64,000 nucleotides of DNA from Macrostomum lignano (Eukaryota), in NCBI GenBank assembly GCA_002269645.1, contig NIVC01001194.1, forward strand, positions 186,001 through 250,000. The letters are read 5' to 3'. Shown one piece after another: positions 40,648-53,505 of the stretch. Every line of letters begins with the position of its first letter. The stretch's first letter is position 1. Made by a program: the position numbers and the translations under genes. The notes below the pieces were generated by a model. It searched no databases, was not told where the DNA came from, and saw nothing but the letters and a program-made list of their open reading frames with translations.

Positions 40648-42140
40648 AAAGAATTAATTGTAATCTATGTTGATTTTAACTTTTGTTTTTCTCTGCCAAC
40701 TAAAACTATGTTTCAAACAAAAATAACTCCAATCCTAACATTAGGTTTAACCATAACAGATAAGGTTATAAAAGATATAAATTCTATTGTTAAGCTTATC
40801 AAAGGTACTTAAACAGAAAAATATTTCTATAAAATTCAGTTAATATTATATAATCAAAATTGTAAGAAAATTTATAGTTTTTTTAATTTTAGAAATAGGA
40901 CTTAGAATCCCTAGACTTTATTATACTTAGCTAAGATTTAAACTATGCTATTTTTCCTTTTCTCATGCTAGATTGCACGAGACTATGCTAATACTGCCAA
41001 GGGTCAATTCACACTAGACATCTTATATCTAAAGCTGAGTGGATTGATCGATTAACTGGCCGGGTTTAACGCGTATCTCCTCCTAAATGGCTGGCAACTC
41101 AAATGTGGGACTTATAAATATATAAATGCAGAATTTTCCTACGCAACAAATAGGCTATTTTAATGTTAAAATTTTCAAAATTAAGTCTGTTAAAAAAGCA
41201 GAAAACTGTTTTCTTAACCTTCTTTGGCCACTTTTTCTGCTCTGAACTGAAAAGTTGCATCAATTTTGGGTGATTGCGCCACAACTTTTTCCTATCTCAG
41301 CAGTATATTTTCTTTCCAGTGGGGGGATGGGGCATTCTAAGTGGCTGTGTGTGTACACTTGGACCCTTGCTAACTGGCGGGCAGTAAAATTCAATGCATA
41401 AACTTGCGAGCTTCTCACTGTAGCAAGCAGTGAATATACACTAAAAAATGCAATGCTTTAAACTGGGAAATTTCAAACACAAACTGTTCCTCAAGTTTAG
41501 AACTTTGAGAGAAAAGACTTATATTGCTGGAAAGATCTTTCAATGCTGATATAAGTTGTTTGCTTTAAGTATGAAAACTAAAAGCACAGCATTCAAAAAA
41601 TGATTTCCATACTTTTAACTTTCTGCAAAGATTGTACTCATTTTTGCGAGATGCAATAGATAAATTTGGGGCTTCAACTTCTAACTGCCGCTGCGTATTG
41701 GAGGGTTGATTTAGATTGCGCAATCATTTTGTTAACTTTAACTAAGACTGATACTGACTGACAGAAAAATTGATTTCGCAATTAATTGGTTCATTTTTTT
41801 ATTATCGGCGCCTTTCAACAGGCAGCACTGTGTAGCTCTAACCCTGACCTTAACCCTAACCACTGAATCCTTTTCTTTGCATTATATTTAAGCCAGACAA
41901 TTAGAATGCGTTTTTAATACACTCCAATTTAACAGAGTCTGTTGATTAAATTGATGGATTTTTGTTTGAAGAAGATAATATTGATAGATATTTGTTTAAT
42001 AGAGTGAATTTTGATGAATATTAGTTTCACAGAGAGGATTTTAATGGAATTAAGTTTTACTAAGAGGATTTTGATGGAGTTCTGTTTGACAGAGGGAATT
42101 TTGATGGATTTCTATTTCACAGAAAGGATTTTGATGAATA

Positions 42141-42308
42141 CATGCTTGGGCGCAACCTAGGGATTCACCCGGCCGTTTCTATTGACAACACACACATGTA
42201 AGTCGCTATTGGACGGAATAGTAGTCACGTGACTGCTCTCAGCCAATAGCGACTTACATGTGTGTGTTGCCAATAGAAACGGCCGAGTGATTCCCAAGGT
42301 TGCGCATG
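42141..42308. mobile_element. TA-flanked foldback MITE (Tc1/mariner type)
   Basis: ~65-bp inverted arms (gcgcaacc..gtaagtcgctattgg / ccaatagcgacttac..ggttgcgc), TA on both sides, and a central palindrome gtcacgtgac. Confidence 0.8.
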
Positions 42309-42938
42309 TATGGATGAATATCTCTTTGACTGAGAGAGTTTTTATAAATAAAAATCTGTTTGAAAGAAAGGATTTTGATGGATTTCTATTTCATGGAGAG
42401 GAATTTGATGGATTTTAGAGAGGACTTGGATGATGGGATTCAGGTCATAGGATTCAGCTGATGGATTCCGGTGATGGGAGTTCTTCTCCTTTTTCCTACA
42501 ACAGAGGAGTTGGCCTCATTATCTATAATAATAGCTATTAGCTGTAATAGTCCTTAGTTTTCTTAAAATTCTTAATTTGCTTAGTTAGATCTTGGCCAAA
42601 TATATTTCTTATTATAATAATAATAGTATATTAGACAAAATTTCTATTTTAGTCAATTAGCTATAGGAGTGCTAGTTGCCATCTTAATGTTTTCTAGGTT
42701 AGGGTATTCAAACATGGTCTAAATGATTAACAAAATGCTAGAATACCTTACACTATGCATATTATATGGCAATTGAGCTGTATGTATGTTAAAATTAATA
42801 ACTATATATATTTTTCATTTGCACACTATTCATGCTGAGGTTTTAAAATGGATGCTGGAAAATTTAAGTTATATTATATGGGCTATCTTCTAAAGTATAA
42901 GGCAATGAGTATACACAATTAATACTATCTACCCTAAA

Positions 42939-43293
42939 GGGGCCATAGCCCAGCAGTAGCGCAGCTGCTCTGGTATGCCAGCGACCCAGGCTCGATTCCA
43001 AGTGCAGTCATATTAATTTGGGGCTGAATTGGAATCTTGGCTTGGCTCTGCTTGTGCAATTAATGGCCTTGAAAGCCAACCCCCTAAGGCGCAGTGAAGT
43101 GTACATGCCTAACAATAAAATAAAGTCAGGGCTACTGTACACTCCTATGTAAGTGTGTGCCTATGTACGTATCCGGGCTTATATGCCTGCTCAGGGGAGT
43201 TGGCGGAATGGGCAGTAATGCCTCTCGCCGGTTGTGTGCCTATGTCACTTAAAGTGTGCCAGGGTGCATACAACCCCCTGCCTCTAATAAAAA
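42939..43293 (+). mobile_element. tRNA-derived SINE
   Basis: Head GGGGCCATAGCCCAGCAGTAG with A-box and B-box GGCTCGATTCC (42989-42999), an A-rich tail, and an ~18-bp TSD aatactatctaccctaaa / aatactatataccctaga with 2 mismatches. Confidence 0.75.
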
Positions 43294-44360
43294 AATACTA
43301 TATACCCTAGACCCTATTTCTTCTTTTTATGCCTTTTCTTATTCCAAACCTAGGCTTACTATTTAAGCAATACTATTAAAAGTAGAAAATTTATACATGT
43401 AAAGATTTGTTTAAATGTTTTATTACATGCTTAAAATACCTAGAAAGCTTTAAATTTATGCTTAAAAATTAACTTTTGTAATTTTTTTCTTGCTTTACAA
43501 TAACTTTTCTAGCGTGATTCTATTAGGCACACACTAGGTATACATGCACACTTATTTTTGGTACCCAATGCACGCCCGAATTTTTGGGCATATACTACAT
43601 GATCTAGAATATAGGCTGCAATTACAAATATTGAAAGCTTGCTGTTTGCTGTTAAATACCATTGGCTGGCTATTATGAGTATTGTTATGATTCTATCCAA
43701 TGATAATAATGCATTTTCACTATAAACAATTATTTAATTTATAAAATTCATATACAAAATAATTGCATTATATTTTTGTAGACAAAAGAATGGCAGAAAA
43801 ACTAATAGCAGACTGAATAGACAGAATGACCATCAACTACATTGACAATGACTAAATTACCAAAAAGGGTCAAACTTGATTGGTTGGTATATGATATAAT
43901 GTTTTAAATTTAATCTAAATATAATTTAGAAAATTTTATTTTTCCATTATTTTCTAAAATTTTGTTTGGCAAGGCAGGCAAGCTAGGCCCTACTCTTCTT
44001 GAAAATTTATTATATCTAATAATAGAAAAATATCTAATATTCCTCTTTTTATTATCTAGATAAAATTGATTTAGGCTAGGTAAAAGCTAAACCAAAAAAG
44101 GAACAAATATTTGAAATAGGCTCTTACTTGGAATTGAATTGACCAAATATTTACATTGAATTGGAATTGGAAGTTTGACAATCTAAATACTGAATAATTG
44201 CTTGAGGTAGGCCTATGAGTTTTTTTAGATATTCATTTGGGATATTTTGATTATTTATTTATAAGCAAACATGAAAAACATGAAAAAAAAACAAATAGGC
44301 CTAGGCTTATAAACTGAAAGAAAAGAAAAATATAGGCCTACTCAGCAATATAGGGCCTAT

Positions 44361-44794
44361 TTAAGTTTCCACTCCAAAGCCAGCCAGTGGACAATGGTGA
44401 AATGATGAATTATATTCATTAATTGAATAGGCCCCAGTGAATAATTTATTTATTAATACTTAAATCATTATAATCAAATATTATTCATTAAAAATAGGCC
44501 TAGCCTACACTAATATCAGTTTATTTTTCTTCATATAAGCTTGATTTGATTGCAAAATCAGGCTATACAACACTGGGTTTTTTGGGCCATAGAGTTTTTT
44601 GGCCCGTTGAAAATCTCATTGGCAACTGGATTTTGAGCCCCAAAGGCCAGCTTGCAACTGGATTTCCATCCAACCTTAGAAAAAACCCAGATACAATACA
44701 ACATGAGCCCGCTGGCATGTAGGCCTAGGAATTGCATCACTTGGGGCTAAGATCTGAGGGAAGTTGACCACTGCTTTTGGAGTGGAAACTTTAA
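44361..44794. mobile_element. TTAA-flanked MITE-like element
   Basis: ttaa-gtttccactccaaag ... cttttggagtggaaact-ttaa inverted ends. Confidence 0.4.
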
Positions 44795-45607
44795 CATGTT
44801 GCTGACTCTACTTTTTCATGTCAATCTTCACTTTGTCTTTTAAAACCAGCAAGAATAAATATATAATGCATATACTTGTCCGACGCTCTGATTTTAGATC
44901 GCGCAGGTTTTCACAGAGCAAGAGTATGTGCATTTAAACTTGCACAAAAAATCGTTTATTGGACTTAATAAATAAACAAAAACTAGAGACTTTTAGACTC
45001 ATGTCAGCCTGCAGTAAACTAGGAGCTTATCATCCTTTATGTCAAAATCAGAAAATTACTAAAATTTAAAATTTATAACGTTAAGCGTTCAAAATATTGT
45101 CGATGTATCACTTCTTTTTTCCAAGTTATAGATCGTCGTCGACTAATACTAAAAATGAGTTGTCTGTATGTATAAGATAGATTTCAGAAAAAACGGCTCG
45201 ACCGATTTTCTTCAAACTAGCACCATTCGATCAGAAATTTTCCTGGGACGATACATGCATATTGGCTAAGAAATTGCTCAATTTTAAAGGGATTAAATAT
45301 TCGAAAAACATGCTTTTTTGCAAAGGTCAAGCAAACTTTTCGACTTGAAATGCATTGTAAGGATGCTAGAGAAAAACCTGACTGACTGAATTTCAATTCT
45401 GATAACGATTGCATCACAACAAGTTGAAAACAGTGCCGAAGAAATGCACACATTTTTGAATTTAAATTGCGTAACCAATATTGCTAACTTGAATTGAGAC
45501 TGATACTGGCTGACTGAGAATTATAGATTATGTCAAAACTTTTTACTCTAACTGACTTGCTGTGAGTATTGAATTATAACGGCCAGAATTCATGTTATCC
45601 ATTTGAA

Positions 45608-45680
45608 AAGAGATTAGCCTAGCTGCGAACAGCCTGGACTGCCAATTGTAGCGACCACGGTTCGAATCTACGAGTAGTAG
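45608..45680 (+). pseudogene. tRNA-like remnant or SINE head
   Basis: A-box-like TAGCCTAGCTG, loop CTGCCAA and B-box GGTTCGAATC; the anticodon and acceptor stems do not pair well. Confidence 0.4.
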
Positions 45681-45734
45681 TGCAAAATGATTTTTTTATT
45701 AAAAAACCTTAAAAAACACAAAATGCTAAACATA

Positions 45735-47325
45735 AAAGAAGCGCAATGTCAAACATAAAAGTGGCATCATGTCAAACATAAAATTGGCACCATGTCAAAC
45801 ATAAAAGAGCCACCATGCCAAACATAAAGAGCCACCATGTCGAACATAGAAGAGACACCATGTCAACCATTAAAGTGCCACCATGTCAAACATATATGTG
45901 ACTCCATTTCAAACATAACAGAGCCACCATGGCGAACATTAAAGAGTCACCATATCAAACATTAAAGTGCCACCATGTCAAACATATATTGTAGAGTGTT
46001 CTACCTCCCGTTAAAAAAGGTTAAAAGAAGATAATCGTATAATGCTACTATAAGTAAGTAAGTACACGCATGTGTGCCTAAGCTTTGAATGAATCACGCT
46101 ACCAGGAAAAGATGTTACCAAAATGATACGCCATGAGCCATTTTCCCCTTTTAGCGCAACAAGTGGTTGGTAATGATGCTATTTTGGATCAAAAAGTTGC
46201 CTATAAATACAAGCGGTCCGAAGCGGACCAGGAGCAAACTCCCGACGAGAGGAGAAGCTCCGAAGAGGAAGCCTTAGGAGGACTTCCTGATCAACCAAGT
46301 CAATTGAGACCCGGTCGAGTCGTTGCGGTAAGCCTTCCTTATTTGCGCCCGTTGTGTTAGAGACGTCTCGCTCAAGTCTATTGAGACTTGAGTCTATTTG
46401 AGTCTGTTGAGACTCTTGAGTCTGTTTAGACTCCATTGGTTGCAGTCTCCAGAAGGACTGCCCCTGATAGATCTTAGGAGACTATCAGTGGTTTCCGGAG
46501 CCATACCTAGAGTGCATAGAGGCACTGCTAGAAGAAGGAGGCTTAATTCAGACCGCAGTTTGGCGCAGGGATCCCATTGTTAATTCGGAAGCTTCCCATT
46601 GGTCCGAGCGACAGAATCCGGCCGGAACTATTTGAAGAAGAAAGAAGAATCGGACCCGATCTACAAACGAAAGTCAGAAGTGACTGTACGAGAGCAACTG
46701 AAAACAATCGAGAGCTACTCCGAGAGATCTCCAAAGGACTCAAGGTAATTGAATACCTTCTGTTGACTTACTGGGTTGCCTAGCTACTGAGCTAGAAGTG
46801 ATTGTTCCTTGATTATCGAAAGTCGGGTAATAAGGAACACATCAATATGTGACCTCCATGTCAAACATAAAAGAGCCACCATGGCGAACATTAAAGAGCC
46901 ACCATGTCAAACAATTCTGAGCCACCATTTCAAACGTAAAAGGGCCACCTTGGCAAACATAGTAGAGCCACCATGTCAAACATTAAAGAGCTACCATGTC
47001 AAACATAGAAGAGCCACCATGTCAAACGTTAAAGAGCCACCATGCCAAACAGAAAAGAGCCACCATGCCAAACAGAAAAGAGCCACTATGTCGAACATAA
47101 AAGAGCCACCATGTGAAACATATATGTGACTCCATGTCAAACATAAGAGGGCCAACATTGCGAACATTAAAGAGCCATTTCGTCAAACATATACGTGACT
47201 CCGTGTCAAACATTAAAGAGCCACCACGTCGAACATAAAATAGCACCATGTCGAATATAAATGTGCCACCATTTCAGATATAAAAGAGCCACCATGTCAA
47301 ACATAAAAGAATCACCATATCACCA
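45735..47325. repeat. 23-nt degenerate minisatellite (gagccaccatgtcaaacataaaa) split in two by a solo LTR
   Basis: Arrays at ~45735-45989 and 46849-47325. Confidence 0.85.
45990..46844 (+). mobile_element. Solo LTR 1 (855 bp, Gypsy-like)
   Basis: TGTAGAG...CACATCA termini and a 4-bp TSD ATAT that restores the host unit aaacat-atat-gtgac. TATA box ctataaata at ~46201. Confidence 0.8.
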
Positions 47326-47803
47326 TATATTTATTATGTACATAAGCATTAATAAATGGAACTCACTCAAAGCAGCAAGCAAGAATAAGATGCCGTACGA
47401 CCTCATGCATAGGAGACTTACTGCCCGGTCCTTTAGAATCTGGTCCTAAATGAATAGAACAACGAATAATACAGAGGTAGAAGTAGAAAAGTCCTCTCTG
47501 TATCTGACTTTGCCGTGCGCTCTTTTTCTCTTTATCGGCAAAGTCTTCGAGTTGGACAGCTAAAAGATGTTCTGCATGTGCATACAGATATTCGTAGCCG
47601 GTCATCAAAATCAACCGCAAAGACGCAGACCTACATGGATACGTAGCTGCATACTTACCATATTTTGAGACCTGCATATAGTTTCCCTGTTTTGGGAATA
47701 TCTAATGCGATCGATCCTGTTCAGGCCGAGAATGCCTGCTCATACTGTTCGGGTGCAAGTGGCGTGAAGATACAGCCTACTGGTTTGCTCATCACACAAT
47801 TAA

Positions 47804-48430
47804 GTCTTTAGCATCTCTGAGTGTCTCTGCATCAATGCGATTAAACGCTACAAGCTCACTGAAGTGTACAAGAAACAGATGGCAAAACTCGCTCGCTTCG
47901 GTTTGACTCTTCTAGGACTGAACTGAGTCTGAGGCGACGAGGCGTGGAAAGCTCTGCTGATCAGCCAGTTTAGTTATTTGCCTCTGTCGCTGCTTGCTTA
48001 AATGTGGTTGCTTAGCAATAACAAGTCAGCGTAGTAGAGGGAAGAGGCTTTGGAGACCAATGATGAATAGGAAGAGTCGCGCTAAAAATTTTCGCATTCT
48101 ATAAATATGTCGGTTAAAGGAGTTCAGCTGTTTATCGACTGCCAGTGGTCTACTTGAGCATCAGAAGCTGCAATGACACTGCTGGATTTGCGATCGCAGC
48201 TGCACCTGCTTCTGTTCCAGCTGCTCTTTAGTAAGTCTGCCTTGGAATTGGATCAAGATTTTCTTTATTCAAGCTAACTAATTTCGAAGAAATTTACTAC
48301 TAGCGCTACAGGAAGAAACTTTGAAAGGACCAATATAAACACTTTTCAGTCACTGAACGATAGTTCTTTGGTCTTCAAGATATCGCTCGAAATTTCTACG
48401 CGTAGCTAATATCCTCAGTTAGACATGTAG
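47804..48430. repeat. ~550-620-bp dispersed repeat with a second direct copy at ~59076-59612
   Basis: Shared start gtctttagcatctctgagtgtctctgcatcaatgcg and shared end aatatcctcagt.agacatgtagcaagat, with indels between the copies. Confidence 0.85.
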
Positions 48431-48554
48431 CAAGATTTCTAATGTAGCATGCGGTTCAGACAATGAGAAGATAGCTCAGTCAATTTACAATCATCATCAA
48501 ATTTTCTTCAAAATAGACTGGGCACTCAAGGTGAATCGATCGCTCGCATTTCAG

Positions 48555-51238
48555 CACTAACATTCGCTGAAGAGCTCGGCGCCATCAAAACGTCACACAG
48601 TTTCAACAGCTATTCTCTAAGGAATAACGGTTCTGTGATCGTGAGCCAGCACCTCAGCAGCAAGTTGATCAACACGAGCGTTCGATCCGACGCTGACTGC
48701 GTGCTGACGTGCCAGGAGAACTCCTGCACCGCCGCCATCGTCAAGGACGTCCCAACGGGTGGCTGCAAGTGCCAGGTGCTCGTCACCGACCCTTCGATGG
48801 GGCGGAGTCAGAGTCCGGAGAGCTTCATTGCCAGAGCGTTCCAGGCTGATGACGGCGTGAGAATCTGGACAGCTGAGAACTTTGAGAATCTAACGACGCC
48901 TAGGAAAATCGATTTCGCAATGACTTTTATTGGTGAGTTTGGCGCATTGCGCAACTTAAGGAATAGAAAGCATGTGGAAATAAGCCTGACTTAATTGAGG
49001 CAGAACGGGACACCTAATTAACTTGTTTCTTGAAAAATTAAAACACAATAATACGAACGTACTGATGGCATCACTTATTTGAAATCCAATTTCTAAGTAC
49101 AATAGCTACTAAAACATTTCAGCCGCAGGCTCGGGGAGACTCGGCTCTGTTCAGTTTGTGGCAATAAACGACAGCGGCTGCTACCGAATCGCAGCTTACG
49201 GTGCCAGAGGCGGTCTCAACACAAGGTACACTCACCAAAAACCGGGCAAGGGTGCCTCAACTGCGGGTAACTTTTTTTCTGACCGCCGGCACTCGACTGG
49301 CCCTTGTGGTGGGTAAGGCTGGCGAGAGCTCGTCGGGACAGTACGACGGGGCTGGCGGCGGCGGAGGCAGCTTCGTGTACACTTCCGACAAGGACCAGCA
49401 GCTGCTCATTGCAGCCGGGGGAGGCGGCGGCTCTACGTACAGAAATGATGGCAAGTACCGATAGACATGTATAGTTGTCTGTGTTCTGCACACTGATGTA
49501 CTACTACATACATTCCCATTATTTTGTCGTTAGGCACCATCGTGGGTTGCGCGAAGGGGCTTTAGCACGAAAAGGCTTTAGCACCAAGGGGCTTTAGCAC
49601 CAAGGGGCTTTAGCACCAAGGGGCTTTAGCACCAAGGGGCTTTAGCACCAAGGGGCTTTAGCACCAAGGGGCTTTAGCACCAAGGGGCTTTAGCACCAAG
49701 GGGCTTTAGCACCAAGGGGCTTTAGCACCAAGGGGCTTTAGCACCAAGGGGCTTTAGCACCAAGGGGCTTTAGCACCAAGGGGCTTTAGCACCAAGGGGC
49801 TTTAGCACCAAGGGGCTTTAGCACCAAGGGGCTTTAGCACCAAGGGGCTTTAGCACCAAGGGGCTTTAGCACCAAGGGGCTTTAGCACCAAGGGGCTTTA
49901 GCACCAAGGGGCTTTAGCACCAAGGGGCTTTAGCACCAAGGGGCTTTAGCACCAAGGGGCTTTAGCACCAAGGGGCTTTAGCACCAAGGGGCTTTAGCAC
50001 CAAGGGGCTTTAGCACCAAGGGGCTTTAGCACCAAGGGGCTTTAGCACCAAGGGGCTTTAGCACCAAGGGGCTTTAGCACCAAGGGGCTTTAGCACCAAG
50101 GGGCTTTAGCACCAAGGGGCTTTAGCACCAAGGGGCTTTAGCACCAAGGGGCTTTAGCACCAAGGGGCTTTAGCACCAAGGGGCTTTAGCACCAAGGGGC
50201 TTTAGCACCAAGGGGCGCCAGCACCAAGGGGCTTTAGCACCAAGGGGCTTTAGCACCAAGGGGCTTTAGCACCAAGGGGCTTTAGCACCAAGGGGCTTTA
50301 GCACCAAGGGGCTTTAGCACCAAGGGGCTTTAGCACCAAGGGGCGCCAGCACCAAGGGGCTTTAGCACCAAGGGGCGCCAGCACCAAGGGGCTTTAGCAC
50401 CAAGGGGCTTTAGCACCAAGGGGCTTTAGCACCAAGGGGCTTTAGCACCAAGGGGCTTTAGCACCAAGGGGCTTTAGCACCAAGGGGCTTTAGCACCAAG
50501 GGGCTTTAGCACCAAGGGGCTTTAGCACCAAAAGGCTTTAGCGCCAAGGGGCTTTAGCACCAAAAGGCTTTAGCGCCAAGGGGCTTTAGCACCAAAAGGC
50601 TTTAGCACCAAGTAGCTTTAGAAATTTACCTTTAGCCAACACCAATGAGGCTTGATTCTCATGACTCTGCCTCATGCTCAAGTATCCCAGCCGCTAACAA
50701 TGTAGTTAATTAATATTCATTTTCTGAAGGTATCGACGGCTCCGCTCGGACAAGCGGTGCAAGGGACACTTCAATGTCAACCAGCTATTCGGGATTCGGA
50801 GGCTCGAACGGCAGTCCAGGTACTGTAGCGACCTACTATTCGAGCTACCACTGCAAAGGCGGAGCTGGAGCCGGCTGGCTCGGGGACGCTGTCCTGAGTA
50901 CGCGTTACAGATCGTGCGACGGTCGGGGCGGGAAGAGCCGCGGAAGTGGCTGGTTGGGCGGAGACAGCAGCAGCGACGGCGACGGTGGCTTCGGAGGCGG
51001 CGGCGGAGGCGGCAGGGGATACTCATACAGGTACTCGTACTCCTACTACCGCAGATATTACGGTTCGGCCGGAGGCGGCGGCGGCTACAGCGGAGGCGCG
51101 GCCGGTGCGAGCGGCAGTGGCGGCGGCGGCGGCGGTTCGGTCTGTTTCGGCGCTCAGTGCGTCACAATGGGAGGTGCGAACTCTTGGGCTGATGGACGAG
51201 TGCTGGTGAACGGGTATTTCTTGTCAGGGTGCAAATAA
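48555..51238 (+). CDS. PAN/apple-like plus ALK/LTK-type glycine-rich domain protein, paralog 1; exons ~48555-48932, 49129-49450, 50730-51238; start not found; one-base frameshift in exon 2
   Basis: C..C...C..C PAN-like segment, then YRIAAYGARGG..GKGA...F.L..G..L.LVVG, GGGGGSFV..LLIAAGGGGG, GGFGGGGGG, GGGGGYSGG, GGGGS..G.N..GRVLV. A 7-T run at 49272-49278 breaks the frame; intron 2 needs a GC donor. Confidence 0.75.
49557..50610. repeat. 16-nt near-perfect intronic minisatellite (agcaccaaggggcttt), ~65 units
   Basis: Direct reading. Confidence 0.97.
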
Positions 51239-52465
51239 GGCAGGTGAGCGGGCAGATGTAGAGTACGATGAGTAAGGATGTGTAAAGTGGGGTGAGAACG
51301 GAGATGTAGAGTGGGAGGGCGATTCTATATTTTTAAGTGATAGTGCTTGGGTGTTTGAAATTCTCAAATTTTGCAATGGCCTCGTAATTGCAGTCGTAAC
51401 TACAGTAAAGCTACAGATACTTATTCTTGATAATGAAGTAAGTGACTAAGACACTAAGTAAAAATTTTTCTTCGTTTCTGAAAATCTTTTCAGTCAATTT
51501 TTATTCATACTACTGGCTACAAAATCTCAATTTTTAACTCTAGATTTTTAAACTCTTTAAAATCTGAATATTTTGCTTTACTAGCCTTATTAAAATCGCA
51601 AAAATTAACCACTTCAAAAGATGAGTGTCCAACCAAAGACAGCCACTTCAAGATGGGAGTGTCCAATTTAAGAAATGGGTGTCCAATACATATTCGAGCT
51701 GTCCACTTCAATTCAAAGGGTGTCGATGTTAGACATGGGTGTCCACCAAACGACAGGGATGTCCACCAAACGACAGGGGTGTCCACCAAACGACAGGGGT
51801 GTCAACATTAAGACAGGGTTGTCCACTTGAAACTGAGGTGGGCCTTCCCACAGATTTCATCACAGTGACGCAATATTTACCGGATCGCTTTGCAGTAATA
51901 TTAATCATTTGTCATTTACTTTGCCCACACAAAGAGCTCTGCACTGGCCTATGACCTGTTAATCCACCTGTTCTACAAGCAGCCAGCAGGTGAAACTCCT
52001 GTAGGCGCATGCGAGCACAGGCGATTAACTAAAACTGCGGCTGCATCGCTCGACCACCTGCGGAGTGACTCGCATTTTTTTCCACCGAACTGCCGTTGGT
52101 TTTTTTGTGCGGGTCACCTGCGGTTGGGTTATATGTACTTTTATCCTTTCTGCACTGACTTTCGCTTATGATTGAGTTTTTCGAGTTGTTATAACTGATG
52201 CACTTTTCAATTCAATAAAACAGACAAGTGCATATCCGCTTACACTAACTTAGATTTTTCCGCGAAAGAACGACTATTGAATTAATTTAGACTGAATGCT
52301 TGCTTACATAGAGTCTACATGTATCTTACTGGTGGAATCGGGACAGTGTGGGGGGCGCAGGTTAGGCCAAAGGCGCGGCAGACCCGTAACCCGTTACAGT
52401 TAAGTTGCAGGGTCTTTGCTAGTTGCAAGCTAGTTGCAAGGTGCTCCTTGTCTTCGGTGTCTGCG

Positions 52466-53505
52466 CTGTAGCCAGGGGATGTAGCCAGGGGATGTAGCCA
52501 GGGGATGTAGCCAGGGGATGTAGCCAGGGGATGTAGCCAGGGGATGTAGCCAGGGGATGTAGCCAGGGGATGTAGCCAGGGGATGTAGCCAGGGGATGTA
52601 GCCAGGGGATGTAGCCAGGGGATGTAGCCAGGGGATGTAGCCAGGGGATGTAGCCAGGGGATGTAGCCAGGGGATGTAGCCAGGGGATGTAGCCAGGGGA
52701 TGTAGCCAGGGGATGTAGCCAGGGGATGTAGCCAGGGGATGTAGCCAGGGGATGTAGCCAGGGGATGTAGCCAGGGGATGTAGCCAGGGGATGTAGCCAG
52801 GGGATGTAGCCAGGGGATGTAGCCAGAGGATGTAGCCAGAGGATGTAGCCAGAGGATGTAGCCAGAGGATGTAGCCAGAGGATGTAGCCAGAGGATGTAG
52901 CCAGAGGATGTAGCCAGAGGATGTAGCCAGGGATGTAGCCAGGGATGTAGCCAGAGGATGTAGCCAGAGGATGTAGCCAGAGGATGTAGCCAGAGGATGT
53001 AGCCAGGGGATGTAGCCAGGGATGTAGCCAGAGGATGTAGCCAGAGGATGTAGCCAGAGGATGTAGCCAGGGGATGTAGCCAGGGATGTAGCCAGAGGAT
53101 GTAGCCAGAGGATGTAGCCAGGGGATGTAGCCAGGGGATGTAGCCAGAGGATGTAGCCAGAGGATGTAGCCAGAGGATGTAGCCAGGGGATGTAGCCAGA
53201 GGATGTAGCCAGAGGATGTAGCCAGAGGATGTAGCCAGGGGATGTAGCCAGGGGATGTAGCCAGAGGATGTAGCCAGAGGATGTAGCCAGAGGATGTAGC
53301 CAGGGGATGTAGCCAGAGGATGTAGCCAGAGGATGTAGCCAGAGGATGTAGCCAGGGATGTAGCCAGGGGATGTAGCCAGGGATGTAGCCAGAGGATGTA
53401 GCCAGAGGATGTAGCCAGATGTAGCCAGGGATGTAGCCAGAGGATGTAGCCAGAGGATGTAGCCAGAGGATGTAGCCAGAGGATGTAGCCAGGGGATGTA
53501 GTCAG
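52466..53505. repeat. 13-nt minisatellite (gtagccaggggat / gtagccagaggat), ~80 units
   Basis: Direct reading. Confidence 0.97.

Larger units (their letters stand above)
38517..40697 (+). mobile_element. Penelope-like element, 5'-truncated, with an inverted duplication of its 3' end (393-bp arms 38542-38934 and 40305-40697)
   Basis: RT motifs (SFDVTSLF, GCAMGSPLAP.LA, RYVDDTF, LPFLDV) followed by a GIY-YIG nuclease (GVVYKFSC...YIGKTKRHL..R.EH). The left arm is the reverse complement of the 3' end. Candidate TSD ccaactaaaactat at 38503-38516 and 40696-40709. Confidence 0.95.

Noticed and set aside
46809-47249. ORFs with repeated GCCACCATG Kozak-like contexts
   Set aside because: A by-product of the 23-nt minisatellite unit.
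47644-47660. ATACTTACC as a U1 snRNA 5' end
   Set aside because: The downstream sequence does not follow U1; at most it is an antisense donor-like site with no supported exon.
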